A DNA stretch of 62,667 bases, filler included, from Mitosporidium daphniae (taxonomy: Eukaryota), in assembly GCF_000760515.2 (NCBI RefSeq). It is 2 parts of 2 records of this genome, joined end to end, with 100 filler letters (N's around TTAATTAATTAA, not from the genome) between each part and the next. Parts side by side here need not be neighbours in the genome. Positions count along the whole stretch, not along the records: positions 1 to 31,284 come from NW_013546245.1; positions 31,385 to 62,667 come from NW_013546234.1. The stretch is one strand, 5' to 3'. The translations under genes were made by a program, and so were the position numbers. Positions 23,329 through 34,941 of the stretch are shown piece after piece. The number at the start of each line of letters is the position of its first letter. Position 1 is the first letter of the stretch. The notes under the pieces were generated by a model that saw only the letters and a program-made list of their open reading frames with translations, was not told the origin of the DNA and did no database searches.

Positions 23329-24117
23329 TTAAAAGAGCCCCCTGATAAATAGTCTAAATCGGTCATATAGTCCCGCCAACGTTGGCTCTGGCCTTACATC
23401 CAGATAAATGGAAGGCACGCGTATCTCTTTTCCCTCGACAAGAGATAGCTTTTTTTGGCCCTCGTAAAAGTCAATGATGTATCTGATGGGCTTTTCAGAG
23501 CATCCGCATCTGTCAACGAACCAGTCGTGTCGATCAAATGGAGGTGCGTAGCCTAGTAATTTCCAAAGCCGTGCCTTGATTGTCAGCTCTTCTGGCTTGC
23601 CGCAAAAACTGGAAAGTGAGGGTTCTTTGCAATCGTGAAGCCTTTCGTATTTTAAAACATGCTGCCAGGCCTGTTCGTTGACAATGTTGTGCATGTGTAC
23701 AATGGCAAAAAGTGTCGATTTGTCCAACGAATTAACATCTTCAACCTTCAACTGACTTGAAATGCCATCTGTTTCTTTTTTTGCCATTGTTTTTCTTAAC
23801 ATTGCCGCTTTGAACATTTCTATCGATGGGTACAGCCAAGTTCCATCTGTTCCGGTGCGTTTTATAGAAGAAGATATTCGCATAGAGGTAGGTGAATTTC
23901 CAGAGTTTTCCTCCGATGTTCCGAGACACAGGGAGTGTGAAGAACATCCACTGGTGGCGGGACAGCTGCCAACCTCACCAATATAAGGGCAGGACAATCC
24001 GGGTTGTTCGCCAGATGTTGGCTTTACGGGACATTCTGAAGAATCCATATAATTTGAACTTGGATTCCCGAACTTTGTGCAATTGTGGGAACACTCTGAA
24101 GCTTGAGCTACACTCAT
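23329..24117 (-). CDS. Holocytochrome c/c1 synthase (cytochrome c heme lyase, CYC3/CYT2/HCCS family)
   Basis: N-terminal CP motifs, then WLYPS..MF..AMLRK, HNIVNEQAW, PFDRHDWFVDRCG, RYIIDFY and LDVRP. Confidence 0.95.
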   Translation of the reverse strand: MSVAQASECSHNCTKFGNPSSNYMDSSECPVKPTSGEQPGLSCPYIGEVGSCPATSGCSSHSLCLGTSEENSGNSPTSMRISSSIKRTGTDGTWLYPSIEMFKAAMLRKTMAKKETDGISSQLKVEDVNSLDKSTLFAIVHMHNIVNEQAWQHVLKYERLHDCKEPSLSSFCGKPEELTIKARLWKLLGYAPPFDRHDWFVDRCGCSEKPIRYIIDFYEGQKKLSLVEGKEIRVPSIYLDVRPEPTLAGLYDRFRLFIRGLF

Positions 24118-24173
24118 CGTGAAAAAGAAAAACCAACAAGGACCAGGTGTGGGGTTTTGAATTTTATTTAAGG

Positions 24174-25844
24174 TTACAGGTTTAAATAACACTTCATTAA
24201 AGTTTTTTGCGCGAGGGTTCCTACCAGCGTATTCTCATCCCTGGATGAGGTCACAATTAAAAACGGTGCGTTACTCTTGATCAGCATTTGGATTGCCATT
24301 TGGATGGAAGTTTTTCCAGAAACCAAAAGGTCTTGGCTTATTGGCTTGAGCGGAGCCTCTAGCCCCTGGGCCAAGCATTGAAACGCGTCCTGGAATGAAA
24401 TGAGCCCTAAAACGCTGTTTTTCACAACCATGTTTGTGAAGAGGGGAATTTCTTTTACTACTAGCAGTACTTGTGGCGCATTTTCATGTTTGAAAAATTG
24501 GCGAAAACATGTGTTAATTGATGTCTACGGTAAATAACATTTGCAGCTCGTACCAGACTATCTTTCTCAACATACGAAAATGGCTCAGGAATATTGGATT
24601 CTTCCAAAGAGCTGTTCATGCTTACTTGGATGGGATTTATAAATTGATGGTATGCCATCCAGTCATCCTTTATGAACTTTGACATATAGTTTCTGACCGA
24701 ATCTGGGAGAATGATTAGAATGGTCTGCTTCGATGAAAGGTTCTTTCCAACCACCATGGCAACATGTGCAGCAGAGCCACTGCTCCCTCCACATAATAAC
24801 CCTTCCTCTCTTATCAGCCTTCTTGCCATGGTAAATGAGTCTTTATCATCGACACTAACCCATTCATCGATCGAGGAATAATCCAAAGTATTTGGGATGA
24901 AATCGTATCCAATGCCTTCAATTGATGCATGTTAAGATAATACCTTCTACGAGATACATGCTTTTAGAAACTTTGGTGTGGCCTTTTTTCTTGAGTGCCA
25001 AAGAAGACCCGAAAGGATCAACAGCAATGATCTAAAAAGGAGGTTACCATAGCTCGAGCAACTACCTTGACATGAGGGGCCGCCTTTTTGATTGCCCTAC
25101 CTACCCCGGATACTGTACCGCCCGTTCCTGCTCCAATGATCACGACATCGATATCTGCTCCGTTGTTTGTTGCCTGTAAGATTTCGGTTGCTGTAGTTAT
25201 TTCGTGAGTTAAAGGGTTATTTATATTGCTGTACTGGTCAAGTATTACTGAATCTGGTACTTCTTTCTGCAGTTTTTTTGCCAGGCCTAATGGATAAGTC
25301 AATGTGTGTCTTAACTGATGTGACTACTAGGATGATCAAATGGAACATTGGTGGGGGTTCTTCTCACGTCAGCTCCCATTGCTTTTAAAATGTTGATCTA
25401 GGAAAAGTCATATTGGCGGCACGAATGCATACCTTTTCCATACTCATCTTTTCAGGAATGGTAATGATCACCTTATAGCCCCTTACCGCTCCAATCAAAG
25501 CTAACCCAATTCCTATGATGTTCAGAAAAATACAATATTTTAACCTGTGTTTCCTGACGTGGGCTCAATAATGGTGGACTTTCCAGGTATCAGGATCCCT
25601 CTTTTCTCTGCATCTTCAACCATTGCATAAGCTATCCTATCCTTAACAGACCCCCCTGGATTGAAGAACTCGCATTTTGCGACTATAGCGATCAGATATT
25701 TGAGTATTTACCGATGCGACAGGCCAGTCCCTCTTTTTTGGGAATATTATTTAGCTGAACAATCGGAGTATTTCCAATTGTCTTGAGGATATCAGGGTAA
25801 ACGCCCCTATTTGCTAGAAAGCTTTTTTGTTGCGTTATGGTCAT
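24174..25844 (-). CDS. CYS4: Cystathionine beta-synthase with C-terminal CBS domains, multi-exon
   Basis: [70 protein letters not shown] and [12 protein letters not shown]. It has no N-terminal heme-binding extension (yeast type) and about 7 short introns. Confidence 0.95.
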
Positions 25845-26117
25845 TAAAAATGGAATCAGTTGCGATTAATTTATTTCCTCGTTTAAGCTTTCCTTGAATG
25901 GCGACTGCACGAACGAATAAAAATTTATTAAACCTGATTGGGCCCGCTAGCTTACACATTGCGTCCCTAATTGAAAATTCTATTTAGGGTTAGGGGCCCT
26001 ACGCCACGCTTTAATCTATGCTTCAGCCAATGAGTTGTTGGCCAAAAGGCATCCCAATAAAACCCATCTCCAACCGCAATTAAACAACACAGATATGATG
26101 GCAAGACAAAACACATG

Positions 26118-27014
26118 CTATACATTTGGATTTTCCCGCATGATCGACGTACACGCAATCGAAATCACATTGCCAGAAATACAAACCGAGCGCGATAAAA
26201 GAGATGTCGATTTTTTCTTGGTCTCTGAGGACGGTATTTTGCAAATTGAATTTGATCTCTTTAGCTCCTTGACCTTATTGATACTGTAACCTGACGGTAA
26301 ACGTTGGTTTTCATTACAAGGCGAATGCCCAATAATTTGAATGGCCTTGAGGATACATTTTGATGAGAACGACTAGCATTATCAAAGTGCACACGAATAC
26401 CTCAATTGCTCCTTTGACATCTGCAAGAACTTGGTCTGATATCAAGGATGGGTCTAGTCCATGTAATGGAGCGACCTCTGTAAAATAATCAAAAATATCC
26501 ACAAGTGAGGGAAGGTATCCCGTTGAGGTCCGGCCATGTGTGACAGGTGCGTGAAGCATCTTCTCAGGATACAATGGATCCAACAAGGAAAGGGAGTAAC
26601 TCGGCTCAAGAGCCTCTAAAAGGTAATTTTGAGAAATGTCAATATTAAAACAGGGATTAGTCGGTATTGAGCAAGATGACAGAATCAGAGGAATTGACCA
26701 AGTTGCTTTGGATGCAATAAAGCTAGCATTTCCATGGTCATCCGAAAGAGCGTCTTCGTCTTCTTGTTGCGATTGGTACCTTCTAAATAGAAGAGTGGTA
26801 ATCAATTTGTTATGTTCGCCAACTAAATAATAAATAGCACATAAATACTATTTTCAAGGCCCAGACACTCTTTGACGATTTCAAAAAGCTCCGCTTGGGA
26901 AAGCAGTCCTTCGAGATACTGTAAAATCGAGATCCAGTATTTTTGCGGACGCAATGACCGCTCGGCGATGATGAAGTCAATACGGGTCTTTTGCAATTCC
27001 AAGGCCGAGCTCAT
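26118..27014 (-). CDS. ADA1: SAGA complex subunit Ada1/Hfi1/TADA1-like
   Basis: YWISILQYLEGLLSQAELFEIVKECLGLENI.EHNKLI after splicing 26823-26848, and a histone-fold-like GYLPS...APLHGL...GAIE. The 3' end is approximate. Confidence 0.7.
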
Positions 27015-27096
27015 CAATGTATGTTTAAAATACTCTTTAATTAAAATCACGATTAAAATTAAAATTTAATGCTTTTAGTTTAATTTTTAAATAGAC

Positions 27097-29463
27097 ATGG
27101 CCAAAAGTCACAATGCATCAAACGGTGGAGTCGTGGTACATAACAAAACTAAAAAAGAATCTCCATCATCGGCATCAAAATCGGCCACAAGTTTTATGCG
27201 TGCCTTTTGTAGAGAAACCTCCTTACCACAAGGGACTAGAAACGGCGCACATTCGCCGATAAATCACACGACTCACCAAACACAGTGGGATCATCCAGTA
27301 TTGATGACAAAAGCATCTTCTCTTGTTCCGTCTTTTTGGACATTTTTATCGCCGGTAGAGCAAAATTGCGTTAAAAATTACTGGCTAGATTTGAAGCCAC
27401 ACGAGCGTTCCTGGTTGGTATCCGCCGAAAAAGCACATGTTTTAACGCTTTTCTCACGGCACAAAACGCTTTCTTGTGGATGTACATTTTGCCATCGTCG
27501 ACGAGCAATTGTTGAAGAGGAAATAATAGCGCTTTATGATGCATATGCATTAGAGCTGGAAAGTTTCAGCACAAGCGTTGCACTCAGTAGAGGCCCCAAT
27601 CGCGAATCTCAACCGACGCTCTCGGAGCTTTTTATGACTTATGAGGATGTTCTTGATGATGAATATTTAGTTTGTGAACAGGAGAGCGAAGAAAATGGCG
27701 ATGTATATCCACTAGATGATGAGGATGATCAGTTCATTGAGGAATTGGATGTGGAAGATGAAAGTGATACCTTTATTACCGAAGCGAGGTCCGCCTCATC
27801 TTACAGGAACAGCCATTTTTTCCCTACAGACGGACCGTCACGAGAAATTGCTTTTCGGTCTGCACTTATGTCAATAGCAGGAGATTTGCTTCAAAATGAT
27901 GGCCGTAGATTTGTTGGGCTATTTGAAAAGCTTGCTGAACGGCGGATCCGTTTCGAGAAGGGGCCAGAGAATCCGCATCGAGCCACTCAAAATAATACCA
28001 TTTTTACACCCATTGATCTTCCATACCATCCACAAGATAGCGATGACATTAAGACCAAGGAGCCCTTTATATGTTCTCCTGAAATTGACAGTAATGCTAC
28101 TGCGGCAGCGGTAGCAAATGCAGCGGCCTCTTCTTTCCTATGTCACCGTCACCTTCAAAATCCTCCCAAAGCACAACGGCCCGCTGTTAATGAATACGCA
28201 AGCCTTAATGGTGACGGTGATGATGATGATTCGGAATATGACACAGAGTCAGAAGAGGAAGCTGGATATTTAAATCGGTACACTCAGCGTCAACCCCATT
28301 TACGTGAAGGACCGTTTCAGGGTTCTTTTGAGGAAAACCAAATTGAAGAAGGCCGGCGGATATTTCAAGTAATCGCTGCCAAAGCCTTTGAACAGAAAGC
28401 TGTTGTTGCTTTTAAAGAAATGTCTGCAATGGCTCGCCTACGTGCACTTGCTTTAGAGGAACAAACCGAGGCTTCTGAGCGTGAAGCAAAGGCCCAGGCT
28501 CAGAGGCTAGCAAGGCAGAAGAAAAGGCAGGCTAAGAAGAAAAAAAAGAAAGGCGGAAATATCTTACCGACAAATCCTTCTGAAACAGAGACCTTTGATG
28601 ACCAAAGCATGATTGAGTCTTTAGTTGAAGCTCCAATTGAAAATGTACCTGCTGATGAAAAACAAGAATTGACTAATTTTCAAACAGATACTGATTCTCG
28701 GCATAGAGATGATTCATATGGCGAATACAGAGAATCGCCTCCTCTTGAAAGGGAGAGCAAAGATTCAATACCTACAAGTGGTAGTAGCTCTTTTACGGCC
28801 AACACCGAAAAGGCAACGGCAAAGAAAACACAACTAGCATACTCGGAGCAAATTATTGGACCGGATTCTGAATGGAAAAAAAAACTCCCAAAAAAGCCTT
28901 CCTCTGGTGAAATAGATTCTAAATCATCTCTAAAGGCAAAAAAGAACCGTGACCCAAACAATGCGTCTTCCAGTAAAAATGTTACCTCCACTAAAGACAC
29001 AGCCCCCAATGTACGGAACAACAGGAACACCAAAAAGGCAGAAAAAGCGCCCGACTCAGCAAACAATAGCAAACCCATCCCCAAGTCGCTCTCTTGTCCC
29101 GCAGATTTAATCTCATTTGCGAACAAAAGCCGGCCCGAAGCTATAATTAACGTCGAAGAAACACACACAAAAGATCAGAATGGATCTATATGTGGCAGAA
29201 GTTCTTTACTTTATGACGATGCCTCGATCCCTTCAGGGCATCTTGACATTGATGATATACTTGGGTGGACACCTCCTCCAATTTCCAATCCACTATTTAA
29301 CAATTCGGGGCATTCACAGGTATCAATGCTGCCTTCCACAGCATCAATATCGTTTTCCAGTGCAAAATTTTTTCCACCTCCGCCAGGATTTTCTCCACTT
29401 TCATTGCCCAACGTTGGTTTAAAGAAAAACGAACCGGTTATTTTTCCTCCCTCCCATCTATAG
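27097..29463 (+). CDS. NST1: Stress response protein Nst1
   Basis: YWLDL...ERSWLVSAEK...SCGCTFCHRRRAIVEEEIIALYDAYALELE, DLLQNDGRRF...LAERR and EEGRRIFQVIAAKAFEQK. Confidence 0.88.
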   Translation: MAKSHNASNGGVVVHNKTKKESPSSASKSATSFMRAFCRETSLPQGTRNGAHSPINHTTHQTQWDHPVLMTKASSLVPSFWTFLSPVEQNCVKNYWLDLKPHERSWLVSAEKAHVLTLFSRHKTLSCGCTFCHRRRAIVEEEIIALYDAYALELESFSTSVALSRGPNRESQPTLSELFMTYEDVLDDEYLVCEQESEENGDVYPLDDEDDQFIEELDVEDESDTFITEARSASSYRNSHFFPTDGPSREIAFRSALMSIAGDLLQNDGRRFVGLFEKLAERRIRFEKGPENPHRATQNNTIFTPIDLPYHPQDSDDIKTKEPFICSPEIDSNATAAAVANAAASSFLCHRHLQNPPKAQRPAVNEYASLNGDGDDDDSEYDTESEEEAGYLNRYTQRQPHLREGPFQGSFEENQIEEGRRIFQVIAAKAFEQKAVVAFKEMSAMARLRALALEEQTEASEREAKAQAQRLARQKKRQAKKKKKKGGNILPTNPSETETFDDQSMIESLVEAPIENVPADEKQELTNFQTDTDSRHRDDSYGEYRESPPLERESKDSIPTSGSSSFTANTEKATAKKTQLAYSEQIIGPDSEWKKKLPKKPSSGEIDSKSSLKAKKNRDPNNASSSKNVTSTKDTAPNVRNNRNTKKAEKAPDSANNSKPIPKSLSCPADLISFANKSRPEAIINVEETHTKDQNGSICGRSSLLYDDASIPSGHLDIDDILGWTPPPISNPLFNNSGHSQVSMLPSTASISFSSAKFFPPPPGFSPLSLPNVGLKKNEPVIFPPSHL

Positions 29464-29544
29464 TTTTTATTAATAAATTTATTTATTAAATCACCTCGGT
29501 GTAACATCATGATCATCCCTATTTGCTTATCTGCGATCGAATTG

Positions 29545-30021
29545 TTAAAAGAAAGGAAGACACAACTGAAGGGCATTGATCAGTGTTCCCCTTTTCACAG
29601 ACAGCTTGGTATCACTTATGTATATGGATAAACTAGAAAGAAAACGCAACATGGAAGCCATAATACCCTTATTACCGAGTGAGATCGGAACCACGACGGA
29701 TACAAGTGTTGCTATTGCAAATGATACAGAACGGCCAACTTTATGCAGACTCCATGAGAGTTTTTGTTCTTCCAAGCTTCAACCGCCAGTGCCAATGGAT
29801 ATGCAGATCCGCTCGGGTATGAATATTTGCTTTTATCTTTGGGCTCACTTTAATAAGCACAGTGCCAACCAAGCATATTTGAACTTTTCGTCAACATGAA
29901 AATTGCAGTTCTAAAAAATAACGTCCCGAACATGTAAACCCATTCCATCATCTACATAAATATGATGATCAGAACACCCAATCACATACGGGGTACTTGA
30001 ACTGTTGGCTATTTCTTTCAT
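29545..30021 (-). CDS. Possible small multi-exon gene of unknown function
   Basis: Four to five intron-like 22-39 nt GT..AG segments on the minus strand and a downstream AATAAA. I could not build one unambiguous reading frame. Confidence 0.3.
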
Positions 30022-30253
30022 TTTGTGTTTTGTTTGAACTAAATTAACACACAAACAAATGGGGTAAAGCATTCACTGCTATTTTTGGAGACACGTTAAT
30101 TGGAATTAAATCACACCAATCAGGATCAACTCCAACGTTGATTGGTGAATTTTCTGCTTAGCCAAACAGCCTATACGTGCAGGAGCCATCTTGTCACAAT
30201 AATGTTATAATATTGGCAGTAAATTCCGATTCCCCATAATCTGCCTTGTATTT

Positions 30254-30778
30254 ATGATGAATCCCAAGGCATCCATTGTATCGATATTTTTTTTTACCCT
30301 CCTTCTCGCAACTTTTTATCATGCCGATGCCACAACCACACTTACAGTTGATAACAACCAAATTGACGTTGTAAAGTCATTAAAAACGACGGCCCTATTC
30401 ATTGAGGCCCTATTACTTGCATATATTCTTTACAAGGCCACAAGCTTTTCTGTTGCGAAAAAATCGACAGGATTCGTTTTTATTACTGTGGCCTTTTCGG
30501 GCACGCTCTTCATGTTTTTCTCTGGCAATGCCTTATTCTTAGAATGCGCCATCTATCAAGTTCCAGTTCTTGGTTATTTACTTCTAATATATCATTGCTA
30601 TGAGAGAGTACTTCTAGGCTCGTCAAGCACCTCAGTTACAATCAGGCATAATAGTGGCCCCATAATTGCCATTCAACCCGTACCATTATCTGGCAGTGCT
30701 ATGGGCTTTAATTTCCCACAAACCAAAATGGGAATTGTGATATCAACCATGCTAGCTGTGGTTATTGCGGCAATTTAA
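30254..30778 (+). CDS. Orphan multi-pass membrane protein with signal peptide (174 aa)
   Basis: Signal-like N-terminus, about 4 hydrophobic segments, and AATAAA just after the stop. Confidence 0.65.
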   Translation: MMNPKASIVSIFFFTLLLATFYHADATTTLTVDNNQIDVVKSLKTTALFIEALLLAYILYKATSFSVAKKSTGFVFITVAFSGTLFMFFSGNALFLECAIYQVPVLGYLLLIYHCYERVLLGSSSTSVTIRHNSGPIIAIQPVPLSGSAMGFNFPQTKMGIVISTMLAVVIAAI

Positions 30779-30837
30779 CATTCAATAAAGCTTTTCGTTT
30801 ATTTATATCAACGGTTTCTTTTACGTATTAACCTTTT

Positions 30838-31227
30838 TCAAAAAAAAAAGAATCTTTTCTTTGAATCAGTGGGAGCACTTTTAACCCAAACGTAAATTGC
30901 AACGATAGGTGAAAATGGAATAAACGGAATCAAAATCGAAAGCCCATAAGATGCAAGCATGTGAGATGTAGTGAAGACCCAGAATTGGTTTAACAATACC
31001 ATCAATATTAAGTTGCAGATCGAAATGATTTTGGACACGTACAGGGTTTGTGGGTAATTTGATTTTGAATCTGTGAATGCATCTGGAGCCGCTTTCGGAA
31101 GCATATATATTTTATACACCATCACATAAGACAAATATCGAATAGATGTTTCAAAAATAAACATTATTAAGAGCCCAAAAATTCTTAATAGAACCTTGAA
31201 GGGCAAAAGAAAAAACACAGCAAGCAT
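30838..31227 (-). CDS. Orphan hydrophobic membrane protein (129 aa), possibly 5'-incomplete at the contig end
   Basis: Three to four hydrophobic stretches, convergent with the previous gene, and a shared polyA-signal region. Confidence 0.5.
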   Translation of the reverse strand: MLAVFFLLPFKVLLRIFGLLIMFIFETSIRYLSYVMVYKIYMLPKAAPDAFTDSKSNYPQTLYVSKIISICNLILMVLLNQFWVFTTSHMLASYGLSILIPFIPFSPIVAIYVWVKSAPTDSKKRFFFF

Positions 31228-31284
31228 TCGGGGGTTCTAATCCACACGCACGTCTTTATTATCACCAAACGTGCATTGGCGAGA

Positions 31285-31384
31285 NNNNNNNNNNNNNNNN
31301 NNNNNNNNNNNNNNNNNNNNNNNNNNNNTTAATTAATTAANNNNNNNNNNNNNNNNNNNNNNNNNNNNNNNNNNNNNNNNNNNN
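31285..31384. other. Artificial contig spacer (44 N + TTAATTAATTAA + 44 N)
   Basis: Exactly 100 nt and symmetric. The central palindrome places stop codons in all six frames. Confidence 0.97.
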
Positions 31385-31557
31385 TGTAGATATTCCTCGG
31401 CCAATTTGTTGTAGATATTCCTCGGCCAATTTGTTGTAGATATTCCTCAGCCAATTTGTTGTAGATATTCCTCAGCCAATTTGTTGTAGATATTCCTCGG
31501 CCAATTTGTTGTAGATATTCCTCGGCCAATTTGTTGTAGATATTCCTCGGCCAATTT
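31385..31557. repeat. 25-bp minisatellite TGTAGATATTCCTC(G/A)GCCAATTTGT, about 7 copies, truncated by the gap
   Basis: Direct tandem copies with no spacers. Copies 3 and 4 share a G>A variant. Confidence 0.97.
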
Positions 31558-32645
31558 ATTTGATGAGGATTGAGAGATTATCAAAGGATGATTGTCCCGC
31601 CACTTTGAGAGAAACAGAAAGCTCTGCCATTTCGAGGGAGCTTGACACAATATTCTGCTATCTCTGTCGACAAAAATAAAAAGGCTGCACTTGATTCTGT
31701 CGAACTAACTGCGATTTTTGTTAATCCAATAGTCCTTCTTTAGCATGTACCCAATCGGATCGATTAGGAAATTCAACGCGAATTTAATAGCCATGTTATG
31801 CGAGACCATTGAAATCTTGCAAAAGAAGAGAATCCCCTGCTTTTTGATCGCCCAGTGTATCTCTTTGCGCAATACTCAATTTGGTCCGGTCTACTTTGAC
31901 AGGCAGGATAGCATCTTTAGGGTTGCGAAATCTCGATGATGCTATAAAAATCATCGCCTGACATTTGTGAGTCATCCTTCAATTGGAAAAGTGTAAGCTC
32001 AGACTGGTGTCGAGATAAGTGTCGCTTATATCTCGGCAGATCGGGCTCTGATGCATGAGAAAACTAATATAGAATGGGACCAAACTTTAACTTAGAGGGT
32101 GAATCCGCATTCGTTTGGAGCTCTCTTACACGTGTGTAGTGCTCAGACGACAGCATCCTGCATTCCCGGTTAATTGAGGCATTTAAAGGCCAAAAGACAG
32201 TCCATTCAAACTACACCTTGGGTGTTTTCCCATAACAAGGAAAAATCCATTTTAAAACGTCAAGATTTCAAAGGAAAACTCGTTGCAGAGGCTCATCAAA
32301 TCTTTACAATAATCCATGGGGGTTCTTCGCACCTCAATAGCCGTCTCCATCTTGAGCTTTTCGTTTCAAGCGGAAAAAATAGCTCGCACAGATATCCCAT
32401 AAGACACAGTCAGATCGTAACACCGCGTAGATATTTACAAATACCAAAATAAAGATCCCAAGATTTGGGATGAACCAACGAGCAACAATTTCTTCGAACT
32501 ATGACGACCTGATGGCTAAATTTCCCAGTTTTGATTGGTCATTTCAATAATTATTTCATTTAATAATACCCGATTGGATGCAAAATTTCCGGTGCAAAAC
32601 AGTCTATAAATCGCTAGTTTCTTTTTCGCCAAACTTTTCACCTCG

Positions 32646-33504
32646 ATGAGCCCGCAAAAATTTATGTTTCTCATAGCTTTCATTATCTTTTAACTGTCCT
32701 AAAAGGCAAATATAGAAGCGATGTATATATTCTGGCTCATATCAAAACTATAGACGAAGGGAAATACTACACATTTATGTCTGAGCTTATGACAGAGCCG
32801 ATGCCAAGCCCCATGCACAAGACTATAGAGAATTCTATGCAATCGCCAATTTAAGAGTCGAAAGTATAGAAGCATACGCCAACGTCACGGCCAACGCCAA
32901 CGTCAACGTCAACGTGAAGGCCAACGCCAATATAAATCTCGGAAAAGAAGCTGATACCAAAAATAAACGCAAAGCCAAATTAGAACCCCATGTCAGACAG
33001 CATATCAACGGTTATCTGAAAGCAATATCAAGAGGTAAATCAGAGATCTATCGCAGTTTTAAATTGAACTTCAAAGCCGAAATAAAACTCAAAACCAAAG
33101 TTGAAGCCAACTCCAGACCTAAAGTCAAAGCGGATAAGACAGCCATAAGCAAGCTAAAATCGAGGAAGAGCATCAAATATTCTGGTGTAGATGACTCTGC
33201 AGGACCAAAATATGGTAAACTGGAACAAGCTGAGTTTGAAGTGTGAAAGGAAATAAAACCAGTTGATATCCCCACTACCAAATACCCCCTCCAACTCAGC
33301 AAAATAAGGAAATTGCAACGTCAGCAATCAGATGGCCAGAGTTATTTTTCGTGCCTCCACATTCTGTTGTGCCCTGCGTCCAAAGGGGCCCGGATACCTC
33401 AAAATGTGCCCGTAAAAGTAAACCGTATTTTTATTGCGGCACCTTCTAGCCAGGGGCTAGGGTTAGGGAGAGTTACTAGCGAGCTGATTCGAAAAACTTG
33501 CTAG
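32646..33504 (+). pseudogene. Disrupted gene for a putative secreted basic low-complexity protein
   Basis: Signal-like MSPQKFMFLIAFIIF needs two frameshifts to reach the ANVTANANVNVNV and Lys-rich ORF. An in-frame TGA at 33244-33246 is followed by further open frame to 33504. Confidence 0.5.
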
Positions 33505-33593
33505 TTTGACATTTTAAATTGAAGCTGAAAACCAAAATATGGGTTAGGGTTGGGCGAAAGTTATACCGCATGCATGCCAACGTAACATTTTTA

Positions 33594-34262
33594 ATGTCTA
33601 GTTCGGCTTCGCTGGAGCAGGTTTCCAAATTTATTGCTTCTGATAACATGAAGGATATTATCCCCAAACTGGTGTTCTTACAAAAGCACAAGTCACTTTC
33701 TGAGGAATTTATTGAGAATGCCAAAAATCTTGCGCTCAAATCATTGACGGGGGTGTCTAACCCCTCTTCATTCAAGTTTGCTGGGATCAGATCTTCCTTG
33801 CTGATCTTGGTGTCAGTGTTTGGTAGCAATATGCTTATCAGAAAAATATATGCGGTATGTGGCATTTTATTACTAACTTGTCTGTAGTGGATAACTGCCG
33901 ATCAAGAAGCAAGACTATCGAAAATTGCGTCGCTTCATCTATTATTGTCATCCACAAAAAGATCACTATCGGCAGGATTTGAAAATCACCAAACAAATCT
34001 TATCACGGAGGCACTTTGTGGACTCGAAGAGAGCATTTCTACAGCCGATTTAACCCCTCCTCAGTGTTTCCAAAAGAAGAAAGAGGATCTGATTAGGGCA
34101 GTCAAGCGATTGTCTTCCACTATTGTATGCATGGAAGATCAAGTCCGGCAGCAAAGATTTTATATTCCAGACCGACAAATCCTCGCTCATATTAAGCAAA
34201 TCAAATCGGACATTTTGCGCCGGAGAAGGATGACGTCGTTGCCTCGACTTGTTGGGCTGTAA
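33594..34262 (+). CDS. Pex14-like (Pex14 or Pex14/17) peroxisomal docking protein
   Basis: LEQVSKFI...KLVFLQKHKSLSEEFIENA resembles Pex14_N, followed by a hydrophobic segment, a coiled coil and IKQIKSDILRRRRM. A 33-nt intron (33855-33887) with TACTAAC joins the two track ORFs in frame. Confidence 0.6.
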
Positions 34263-34340
34263 ATAAAAAGAGCATACCAACCATCTACCATTGCTTCCTC
34301 GTACTTATTTCAGTGTTTACCTATTTCCNTGGATTCATCT

Positions 34341-34813
34341 CTAATTCGCAGCTTTATTTAGAGCGACGGTAGCCTGAGGGGCATATATCCATTCCTTATT
34401 ATCCAACGGGCAAACTTTTCTCGTTTTTAGCCATCGAGATATACAATGATTATGAAAAGCATGGCTACACTGGCCCCAAGCGACAACGCACTCATCACTT
34501 GGCGTTGATGATGGATTGCTCATCTGAGATGCCTGTGTATCCTGTGAGGAGAAGCGTACGCCTTGGGAAAGGATGTTTTCATCGACAATGCCAGATGAAG
34601 ATGTAGCCGTTGATTGGCAATCAATGCACAAATCCATAATATGATTTCTGCATATAGCGCAATTGTCAACAGCGATATCTAGAGATATTTCAAATTGAAG
34701 GATATACCCCACGACCATAGTGCCACTGCATGCCACTAGTCTTGATAAAAACAACGCCAGTATACCTTTTTTATCTCGAAACGAGGCATCGGAACGGAGG
34801 GGGACTCGTCCAT
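34341..34813 (-). CDS. RBX1: RING-box protein Rbx1/Hrt1/Roc1
   Basis: The spliced product (introns 34736-34765 and 34679-34707) reads [37 protein letters not shown]...[34 protein letters not shown]. Confidence 0.96.
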
Positions 34814-34941
34814 CCAATTAAAATTAAAATCGCCAAAATCGTAATTTGCGCTCAAGTTTTAGGATTTGCCCAATCATACCGCGGGAGGGACCGGTCGCGT
34901 TCTTTGTAATTTTGGCCGCGAAATCAGAGGCAAATGCGGAC

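Noticed and set aside
24940..25010. Apparent frameshift in CYS4
   Set aside because: Recounting the T6 run shows the frame is intact up to the 28-nt intron.
31329..31340. TTAATTAATTAA palindrome as a biological site
   Set aside because: It is centred in a symmetric N run and is an assembly linker, so adjacency across it is not evidence of linkage.
31385..31557. CRISPR array
   Set aside because: The units are contiguous with no unique spacers, there are no cas genes, and the context is eukaryotic.
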